From Phoronis australis (Eukaryota; Animalia; Phoronida): 64,000 nucleotides of DNA. Below, in pieces: positions 12,447 through 23,800 of this stretch. How positions within the stretch are numbered: position 1 is the stretch's first letter; each line of letters starts with the position of its first letter. The notes beneath the pieces are model-generated. The model worked only from the letters and a program-made list of their open reading frames with translations. It searched no databases and had not been told where the DNA came from. The position numbers and the translations under genes are program-made. Location: positions 208,345 to 272,344 of the forward strand of contig NMRA01000270.1 in assembly GCA_002633005.1 (NCBI GenBank), given 5' to 3'.

Positions 12447-14080
12447 TCACCTATTGGCCAGTTTCTTTTTTCGCCCATTCTTCAATCAACTGTTCTTCTT
12501 TCACGAGGTTGCGTACACATCGAACAACAAATCGAAACTGGTTTCACTTCATTATAAGTTTTAAGAATTTTGATACCGAAAAACCGAATTTCAGAAGAAA
12601 TTTTGCTGCTGCCAAGCTATCATCATCTCCCGAGAGATGTCACAAAAATTTAGGAAATGGCGTGTGCGCGTGACACGAGCATATTGTTTACAAAACGAAA
12701 TATTTTTCATTGTTAGGAAAGGTGGAGAGTTCCGCAAGAAAATTGCATTTATTGCATTGTTTTTCACTTAAACGGCTGTAACAGGCAAGGTGAGTGTCAG
12801 TTAATTACCAGATTTTGCATGCACCCCGTCTGTTGATGCAAGTTTCACGGCGAGTTGATGGGTAGAACTACCCTGGCTGTGTGCAATTTCAGGGTCTACA
12901 GAAGAAATACACTCAGTGGTACTTAGCTGTATTTTGACGACAGTCTTCATACAGCTAGCTGGCTGGCTAGTCTCTAAGCAGAGTTTTGAAACGGTTGCTC
13001 GTATTGCTGGCCATTTTGAATGAGGCCCTAACGTCGTGACCGTTTTGTTTAGTAAGGCCACACAAATCAACTGCAGTGCTTGCAGTTACTCTAGATGACA
13101 TAAAAACGCATTGCATTGTTTTTTAATTCAGTTTCAATTGAAATAAATTGTTATGTCTTTTGCACCCAACTCCGATGTGCACAGACGTTTTCAATGTGGT
13201 TGTTTACGTAAAATGCTAAGAACCCAGCATCAGTTATCTCTCTGTATTTTATTGCTTTGGCTTTACAAAACTTGATCGACCCTAGGACATTTTGATACAT
13301 TGTTCAAGGCACCCCTGGAGCACGTGTTACAGCAAATCTGAACGATGTTTATTTTTGAAAATATATCCTGAAAATGCACAAAAAAGTGGATTAATGAAAT
13401 ATGCTGTTATATGATACATTTGTAAAAAGAAGCCACCCACTTACTGTTTATTATCATATTGTGAATATCAACACGTCCGGGTATTCGTTTGACGTTCAAA
13501 AGCAGACGAACTCTGGAAACTTCAATGCTAGATGTTGCGGGACCACGCAGAAGTGGAAATAAGATCGTTTAGGACTTTAGGGTACTCACGACTTTAGGAC
13601 CTCCAACGGTAGTAGGAATAAAGTAAGATAAGTTGTCTTTCAGCACCATGAATGAATAGAGCATCACCTATTGGCCAATTTCTTTTTTCGCCAATTCGTC
13701 CATCATCTGACCTTAATCGCACCAAATTATTGAAATTGGTTTTACTTTAATAGTTCGTTATTAGAAAGTTTAATTTTGAGTAAATTTTGCTTTGACGAAC
13801 CTGTCATCACCTCAGAGTTGTTACTAAATTGTGCATACCCATGTTATGAGGTATTGTTTTCATATCGATGACAGACTCTTTGTTGAGAATGACATTTATT
13901 GGATTGTTTTTTCGCTTAAAACTTGTGTAATGAGCAACTTGGATACCAGTTGATATAAATTTCATGATGAGGTGACTAGCAGAACTACTTGGGTAGTGTG
14001 AAGTTTTGAGGTTGATGTGAAGTTAACGCACAGCATTTCCTAGCTATATTTTGACCTTAGTTTTCATGCAGCCAGCTTTG
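12447..14080. repeat. Two diverged direct copies of a ~450-550-bp repeat (about 12447-12970 and 13664-14080)
   Basis: Both begin tcacctattggcca.tttcttttttcgcc.attc and share blocks (aattttgct, tcatca, catttattg.attgttttttc.cttaaa, agaactac, tagct.tattttgac). Confidence 0.65.
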
Positions 14081-14862
14081 ACTTGGCTGCATAGGGGCTG
14101 CTCAGCAGAAACCAAAAGTTTCATTAGCGTCCTACCATTGTGGAAGTTGCTAATGCTTACACCTTAATCGTACTGATATTGATCTCTTGCTGGACTTCTA
14201 GTAATGATTTACTTTTGTACCAGTAGGGGGGGCTTTAAAGATGCATTTGCATGCTCTTAACTATGCTAATGTGTAGCAGGAATGAAACAATGAGGCTATT
14301 TTAAGAAATCTACGCTAAGCAAAGTGTTGCTGTATATTCCTTGAAAACGTAAATGTGAATACAAAAAATTCTGCGAATAGGTGACCTTTGCGCTAATGAC
14401 GTACCTCGCAGGATCACATATCCTGCGTCATGCAGTTTTGTTCCCAGCACCACGTCACAATACTTACTAAACTCTGTTCATTGATTTGCGGGGATCATTT
14501 TTCCACAAAATTCATTCTTAAAAACATTTGACAATTTTCAGCCTTCTTCATATTTACATCGTTGTTATATGTTGCGTTTCTAACTAATTTGGGTCATAGT
14601 TTTAAATCAGGAACTCACTGTGTATGCTTTTGACCTCTCGATCAAAACATCTAGTTTAATTGTTCACAACGAGCATTTACTGGTCTTTGTGTGGTCAGTA
14701 GAAAGTCTGACGGTCAACACATACGGAGCATGTGTGAATGGTATATTGGATTTAAAGGGAGAAAAGGAGTGTACAGTGTTGATATATGTTAATTTATTTA
14801 ACTTTGTTTTTAACTCACTTTGCTGTTCTTTGCAGAGTCTTCTTCCTACCACAACAAGTATT

Positions 14863-17800
14863 ATGTGGGGCGGTAACCAAGGTTGGGGCCAACCTAGCTG
14901 GCCTATCCAGCAGCATGCCTTCCAGAGTATGCCTGCAGATCAAGGTAGACTCCACCTCTGGCTGGCTTTGTTGAATAACAGCCTGCACTTGAACAGGATC
15001 TTAAAAGGATACTAAACCCTGTTTTCATGATTTCAACTGATTCTCGTTTTGTCACCTGCTAATGCATCATTGGGGTCAATCTTAAAAGATAAAAAGCAAG
15101 AATCGGCTAAAAACTCGTACAACATGTCACAGATTGCATGTCGGTGGGTGGTCATTCCTCCACAGTTACCGTGTGATTCGCTAAAAGTTTACGTCATGTT
15201 TACCCGTTGAGCAAACTTTGAAAGGAGTTTTCAGATTTTCGTGCAGACTTATCAGGGTTGTCGAGGTTTAGAGAGCATTATTTTGTTTCCGAAAATTATA
15301 TGGTAATGCCGTTATTAATATCTGTTAATATGCCGAAACTGAGTTTGGTATCCTTTTAAAAACTTCCTATTCTGCTCAAAATTTGTCTGAATCATAAAAC
15401 AAAATGGATTAAATACATGTGGTAGTGGCTTCGTCATTAATGATTCTGAGAATTCACTGGTCTAAAGTTCAGCTAACTGTTAACTCCTATTTACCGCATT
15501 ACTTTTTGCAGTGGACTGGGCAGCGCTGGCCAAGCAGTGGATTGCTCAGAAGGAGACGTTCAGTGTTAACGCGCCACCTCCCCCACCCCCTCCAGTTGAG
15601 GAACACCGCCTGCGGGATGACAGGGAGGGTAACTATGATCCATTTTCACTTGCAATTCATGGTGTTTGCAAAAACATCTTGAAGAATTTGAACCAAAAGA
15701 TGTTTTCGTGTTTGCCCATTTGTCTAAGATTTTTCCCTATGGGAGATTGCAGAGTGACTTGCATGTTTTAATATTATCAGCCATCACTCTCACTTGTAAC
15801 CACTCCTACAGGTGATCGTCAGCTGCCCCCTGTTGACCACTCGGTCCAGTCAGCTAACTGGGGATGGTCCGACTCTCGTCAACATCAGTCTTGGGATTGG
15901 GAACGGCCAACTGCTCAAGCGCCACCTACTGTCGTAAGTATTATGTTATTGTTTTGCATACTTGGTTTCTGTGAGTGTCTGACAGATAGTGGCAAGAATT
16001 AGTGATTTGTAATAAAGTCTCAGAATGAGCAGATTTTGCTGTAATTTTATAACTCTAGTCAAAGCTTATAACTTAAAGTTTATCCAGTGATGCTTCTCAA
16101 AATGCAGGGAGGTGCATTGCCATAAAACCAATTATGTCCTTTTTACGAAAAATATTCCATGTCAAATGTATCAGCCACGTACATGATACAGCTTGTTGAG
16201 TATATAGACATCAATCTCTTACAGACATTGTGTTGTGTTGATTTGGTATCACATTAATTGAGGTGCGTGTGTTGTAGCAACCAGAGGGTCAGTTGTTTGA
16301 CTACGGCCATGGCCAGCAGTATAGCCAACACTTCGACTATAACCATGGTGGGGAGAGCTACGATGGTTATCAACAGGTAAGTTAGAATACACTTGACTGT
16401 AACCAAAGTGGAGACACTATGGTTCTTATCAACAGGTTAGTCAGAATACGTCACAATTTGACAATAACCAGTGGCGTATTTAAGGAGGGCCAGGCCCCCC
16501 TAAAATTTTCCCAGATTTCATTTGGCAGTTCTGGGGTGCTAATGTCTGAGGGGCAAAATCCTGGTTAATACTCTGCCCTGNNNCCCCCCCCCCCCCCCAA
16601 CTCAAAATCCTGGATCTGCCCCTGATAACCACGGTGGGGAGAGCGATGATAGTTATCAACAGGCTTGTCTGAATGTATCATACTTTGACTATAATTACAA
16701 TATGGGACAGCTGGGAATCTTATTAACAGGTCAGGCATCTAACCAATGTAAACACTGTGATTTGTGGTCTGAATTTAGTCTGCTGTTTGTGGCTTTCTTT
16801 CCGTTAAAGCTGTGAGTTGTCTGATCAGATTTGTTTAAAGACACTATGTTTTAATTGTGCACTAATAATTTTTGGATGTTCTTTTAAAGTTTATTGTATT
16901 TCAAACTCAACGTTACCTTTCAAGTTGCATGCATTATGGGTAAAGGCCACGACAGGATAAATAATCGGCAAATATATGAATTTTAATTACTATAGAGAAT
17001 ATATAGCAAGTTTCCTAATACTGTGTGGGAGTTTCTGCAAACAGACCCTCCTAACTATAGGCTCGTCAGCATACTTTTGGGAGTTTCTACTGTTTATAGC
17101 TTTTCCAAAATGAGCAGTGTCAAACACAAACAGTGCCTCACTTAAAATAGGGGGACATCGTTTATTTGTGCAGGTTTTTGTCTTGCTTACAGAATAAACA
17201 AACTTTATTGATGGTACCGTAGTCAATATCGGTTAGCGTGTCACCTGATTTGAAGTTTGCCAAAACGAGGCTCCAGTGTATTGCAATGGTGTTTTCCAGT
17301 TCTTTGTCGTGTTCTTTCTTCAAAAATCAATGTAAAGTGCTGTAGTTGTTTCACTAGTACAACTGAGGAACAAACATAACACCACCATTAGGGTCAACAC
17401 CTATCAGACTCTTGAATGTTGTGTGTGATTTATGCTTTTACAAAGAACTGGGAACCTGTATTCATAACTCAGTGGCATAAAAAATTATAATGTTATTAGG
17501 ATACTTTTCCAAAAAATCTTGTCTTACATTGTTTAAAACCACACTGCTGTGAGACCATATTTTCAGGCTTCCCATAATAGCATATAAATAGTTTATCCAT
17601 GAAATCAAAATATTATTCACAGTACTTTTCGACACATGGAATCTTTCAGATCAAAGTCAATGTTTGAAAATTCCATTTCATTAAAAACATTAAAAATTCA
17701 TCCTGAATTGACAGTTTGTGAGCTTGTTGCACTAGCCATATAATTTTCCTCACCCACCTGTTCTGTGCTTAGAAGGTCCTTACTCGAAGACCTTTTCAGT

Positions 17801-20800
17801 GTCAATAACCGTTTATACTTTGAAAGGGCACTGTCCCGATAAATGGTCGATATGCAATCTACATTTGGCATATTGAAGTGCTTGCATGGAGTCAGTGTGA
17901 CAGTTGAATCCAGTAAAATTATTAAAGAGTAAGTTCTTTGCCATCAGTTGTACGTTTACTTTTCAAATGTTTGACAGAAAATCTGTGAGTGCATGGCAAC
18001 ACCACTGGCAGGTCGTCCTCGTATGATGTTTGTGTTTTTCTTGACAAGAGACGGCTGTTTCCCAGCTGTGAGTCACCTTCCCCCCAGATGCTGAACCACC
18101 GAGTCTTTTATTTGTCTCGCTTATTCAAGTGTAAAAGTAGTCATTTTCAGTTTCTTTTTGTTTTGATGCACTTCTTCGATTTCGTCCAATTTGTCATTGC
18201 ACTTAAAACGCGAGCCTAGGGTACTTTGCTTTTTAGTTTTTGTTTGTTTCTTTGCATCTGGGTTGATAAAGTCCTCCTAGTAGAAGTGAGCACTACAGAT
18301 TTAGTGTGAGCGTTCACGTTGAAATACGGTGGATTTGTTCTCATTTTGTGATCCATATTGAAGGGAGGGCTTATTGTCTATAGGTAGTCCAAAAAGTGAC
18401 AGAATTTGCACTTGGACGAATTTTTCGCATTCACCGCATCAGCAAAAATGTAGCATCTTCGTTCTGATTGTACACACACTTCCGACCAATATCTTCCGAC
18501 TTCAACACCCAAGTCAGGTCACGTGAAATCGCATGCGTGCGTTAGCCGATTTGGTCTATTGTTACCATAAATTGTCTTAACTACTCATACTGGTCCTCCT
18601 TCCATGCATTTTCTATTTATAGGCACATTGTTCCCAAAAGTATGCCTGGGCTTATACTGAGGGTGGTAGAAATGAACGCAGTGCTAACTGTGGGAAATTG
18701 CATTTAACTTTTGAATTTGTATTCGCAGAACTGGCCTCCCCATTCACACCATGACGACTACAATGGGCGCATGAAACATATGGATGTACCAGTGGAAGAC
18801 ACACCAGATTTAGGTAGGGATTTCTCAGATGGCTTGCACTGGGTATGAGCACAGTCAATCAATTCTTAGTGTTCAACGTGTTCAACATGCTTTTCTGGAT
18901 TTTTCTACCAATGTATCTTTTTAAATTTGAACAAACTTGTATGTGTGTTTGACGACCTTTTGATCTAATTCACAAGTTTTTTGTTTGACCGGAGCCGGAT
19001 TCCTGGTAGCTCTGAATGTTTTGAGAATTCGAGTGTTGCTGTGATTGGTAGACGCTGTTAAGCGGAAGCAGCTGCCGGCGTGGATCCGCGAGGGCCTGGA
19101 GAAGATGGAGAGGGAGAAACAGAAGAAGTTGGAACAAGAGGAAATGGCCAAAAAGAAAGAGGAGGCGCGCTTGCAGAGAGAAAAGGAACTACTGTCGCGC
19201 ATTACAAGCTCTCCTGAGGCTGCCAGCCGTAGTAAATTTGTAAGTATCTTAGGGTCCTCGTAATATACGCGTTTAGTTTTTTGTTTGTGCAAGTCTAAAG
19301 TAGGGATGTGCCTGAGGCAGGCTGTGGTGGATGATTAGGGATCGGTATTTTTTTGAAAAACCAGAACGAAAAATGTCGGCTTTCTTCCTCTGTAGACACG
19401 TGTTGCGTTGAATGTCTACTAATCTAAGACAGGCGTCGATAACTCGTGTGACTCAACTTAGATCCGATTTTTGGGGAAGTGGTAGGTTTCATTTGGCACT
19501 GTTTCAGTTGATGTTACAAATATGAAAATTTCTATTAGTGGGAATATTTGAATTTCCACATTATTAATACTTTGTTGCATGTTTGCTTGTTTTGTTAGGA
19601 CGTCTTTCACATTCAACCTATGCTATTAAACTATGTATTGGTGAATGAGTCCCATATTATGTACTGGTATGTGGTGTGTTTGTTGAAGGATTCTGATAAT
19701 GAGGACCAAGATGAGAATAATGAGAATGGGGCATCAGCTGATAAAGATGAGACTGGAGAGGGAGATAACAAGGGCGCTGACGACGACGGCGGTGCCGATG
19801 ATGACCGTGACGATGAGGATGACGATGACAGGGGAGGAAAGAAAAATAAGTCGAGGTCACCATCGCCCAAAAGAGGGCGCACCCCGTCACCTGTACCAGA
19901 ACATCTGTCTGAGGAAGAGCGGCAAGTGCAGCTGGTAGGTGTTGTGTTCAAGTTTTTTTGTCCAACTTAGTAACTGTCAAGCATGTGAAACTGCTACTGG
20001 TATTTTTTCATTTGCTCTGAACACTCCGGAACTGCTCTCAGTTATTTATTTCAAGTGCCTTCTCTCTTCCTATACGGGTTTTACTAGAACGGCCATTAGG
20101 TAAATGCTGTTCATTATTATGCAAGCTTTGATGCAGACCTGAACTGAATGTGTTAATGTGAAAGAAATCAAGTGAACTCATTCGGAATGAATTTGATTAT
20201 AGTCGTCAAAGTTAGTGTAGCAACAGGGGGTCAGACTTTATACTCTCTCACTTTGCACATGCTCGCGTTGTCATGAGGAAGGGTGTCAGTCTGACGGGAT
20301 GTGTGAGAAATGAATTGTGTTATAATCTTTGTCGCTATTAGCGAGAAGTCTCCGTTAGTGTGAAGTGTGTATTAGTGAGAAGTCTCTGTTAGCGAGAAGT
20401 CTCTGTTAGCGAGAAGGCCCACACAGTTTGCGAGGAAGATTCGCTACGTTGAGTACGATAGGACTCACCTATCAACTTCATTGCAGCGTTATACCTGTGC
20501 TTTCTGTCAAAAAATAACGAGTTTGGATTTAGGCCAGTTACCGTCTTATCTTCTTCCTTACTCAGAAGTGGTCTTTGGGCTCGGGAACATTTGATAGCTT
20601 ATGCTCAAAATTTCATGTCACATGAAACTTCATGAGCACGGTCAGTTCTTTCGAAGCTCTGAGCTCCCCTCAAATTTGACTAAGGAATAATATTTTTACT
20701 GTAAGAGGCCATAATGCAAACTTGTTTTTTTTTGACGGAAGGAGCACATTTAATGCATCATAAAAATTGGTTAAGCTTAAAGCCATTGTACCCCATGTTT

Positions 20801-23800
20801 CTGACCTGTGCAGTGTTTCCCCTGTTTGTAAAAATCTGAGCGGTCCACCACCTTCCTTTTTGGCCCCGCTATTCGAAGTCTTCCCCAAGCTGACCACACA
20901 CCTAATCCTCATGGGAAAACTACACCGCTAGGCAAAAATTGCTTGTAAAAATTAATACGCAATACACAAGTTACGTGGCTACTGTTGAAGTTTTTGGATC
21001 GAACGGGAAAAACAAAAAATTTAAAATCCAGTTTTGAAGTTTTCCTATCGTTAAACATAACCATTTTATCTCCTTCCTTTGTCTCGTCCGCTTACTATTA
21101 GTGACCTGACCGACATTCAGTGCTGCCTGGTCATACGACATTGCACAGCAATTGTATACAGTCTGGTACCAGACAAAGGCCTTGACATTAGCTTTTTAAA
21201 ATGGCAAAGTGCCAATGCACGTTGACGACATGAGTGGAGAAACGGTAAATTTTATTCATTTTATTGGGTTTACATTTACAAAATAGATCATACAACAATG
21301 TGAACTATATTACACAAAATAGTCAATAGTTTAATTAACCCTAGACCAGTCTAGTTATCTCTGACAGTAGTTGTCAGTATAGAGTGGATGAATAGTCTGC
21401 TATGGCTGCTTACTGTTTTATGTCGTGCAACATATAATAAATGATATTTATTGAAGTTTCATTATAGAAGTTGGTTAATCAGGTCTAAACAGGTTAAAAT
21501 ATTTGTTTGTTCTAGAGCCAGAGAAATCGGTTTTAACATCTAGTCTGAAGCCCTGTCCTGGTGTGTCCGCTTCCTAACACAACTTCAATTGGTGATTGAA
21601 ATACCGTATGTAGAATGATACAAAACTCAATCCATGACAGTTCATTGCGGCGCAAGGCTCCGCATCCGCTGTGACCATTCACCATCATGCTCATGTTGAA
21701 GCCCAGGCAATGGGGGATCCCACTTCCCATACTCACACGCGACAACAGGCTTTGCATCCCCATGAGACCATTCACCTCCACACTCCTTTTGAAACCCATG
21801 GGAAACACTGCTCTGTATTTCGTTTTACTTCAGATGATGAAAGTGCGACGAATGATGACAGAAGTAATGCTTGAAGTAACAAATGAAGAGATTGCGTCCA
21901 TATGTAGTGCCGTGTATTCTCGTGAAAAATATAAAGTGGAGAAAGGTAACTTACACAGTTCCCTCTGGCTTACCTCTTTTGTGGACAAGTTTTCTTTATG
22001 GAATTGCCTCTTAAATGATTTCGGAAATAAATCTGTTCTCCATTCACTAGTTATTACCTGATGAGACTTGATATACAACTTCCTGGTTTTGTACGTTGTC
22101 ACACATGAAGTTCATGAAGAAAACTGTAACTGTCATTAGTCGAGGATAAGAGATAAACAACGTAACTTTTTGGGCAAGAGAAAAAGTTTGATCAACCCTA
22201 TCAGTACAAGCCAAGTGTGAAGGCAAAATGAGCCGTAATTCCCCACCATGACGGCTGTGCTGAAGCCGAATTCATAATCACGATGAAGGAGGATTAACAG
22301 AAAATTTAGCAAGGTGGCCAAGCCATTTTGTAATTTGCCCAAATATTTATTTCACGTCGTTTTTGCCGTTTAGGGAATTGGCCATCGTGGTAAGGAAGTG
22401 ATGATTCGTGTGATAACTTTCCTCTTGTTCTGTACGTCGTATGACGCAACCAAAGTGTGAGCCTGTAACATGTATCTGGGCAGTGGTTGCTTCTTTACCT
22501 CTGACCACATTTACACTGTAGCATGGGGCTCTTTTCACCATTCGTTACTTAGTACTATGCGCGCGTTAAAATTCGACGACAGAAATTTATGAGAGTTTAT
22601 CAAACAGTTGGGCATGAGATGGGGCTGTGTCCGCCTACCATTGTGACTATAGGGTCTTTAAAATGTGTGGTTTCTGATGCACTAACTGTTGCAAGATTCA
22701 GTGAAATGATCCCTGGATTTGGTCATAGTCAACCTAACTCGGATATAAATTTAATGAGGTTAATTGGTGCTGTTTTCGTAGTGAATGCGTCACTGAAAGT
22801 ACAAATTGTCTATAGCTTTTCATCTAGATTCATCAAAGTTAGATGTCTCAATGGAGTGTTTTCTTTGTTGCAATGTAAGCTTAAGTATTCACCCACCTTC
22901 AATAAGCACTGTGTCAGAGATTATGATGACATTTTCTTAGTAATTTCATGTTGAATGTCCCTTGTTTTCAGAAATGAAGTGGTTAAGTAACTTCAAGGTT
23001 CAATCACAAGTTGATGTGTTCAACTAAAGCAGAACTTATTTAGAGCCACATACAGGTCCAAGTCAGTGTCGCCATCTTCATACTTTAAATAAACAGAGTG
23101 TGCGGTGTAGTCTTGGACACTGAAGCAATCAATGAGCCCCATTTGGGCCACACTATTATTGTTAAAAATTAGAAATGCTTACCAGGATCTTAAAAAAACC
23201 TCCGTTCCAAAATATGAAAGGTGTTGCTGTATGTGGCTTTAAGAGTTAACAAATTATTGCTGTCATTTGAAATCGATGAATATTCGAGCGAATGAACCAA
23301 ACTGGGAAGAGCTCGACTTGCGTCTCGGAGAGTTTATTGTTAGTCTCCGCTGGAACAGTCTCGCACGATATTTGGTTCTTGAAACTGAAGTACATGTGAA
23401 CATTGTTCATGTTCAGGTCATTCACATGCTTTAGCACTATAATCCGTAACACGAATATTCATTGAACTATTATGACAGAGCTGTTTCAAATGATAAGTCA
23501 AGAATTTTCAATGTGGATGACAAATGAACGGCGCCGTGTTATTTCTTGACTTTTCATTGGACTTGGATTTTCGAGTGCACTCATTCACGTTACATTGTGT
23601 GTGTTTTGTATGCTCTGTGTTAATCTGACAACTTGCATTCTAGCTGATTGCAGACAGCTGTGAACATAGTAAGCTGAATCAGTTTTGCCGTTACTTAATA
23701 ACATTCTTTATACACAAAGCTCCCGCTCGTCAGCTAGCCAACTCCAATGCTTTGGCTTCCCTCTCCTCCTTTGGTAAGTAGTGTTCATCAAGTGACAGTC

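Noticed and set aside
19631-19951. Antisense Ser-rich ORFs
   Set aside because: Mirror of the acidic PNISR exon 19689-19934.
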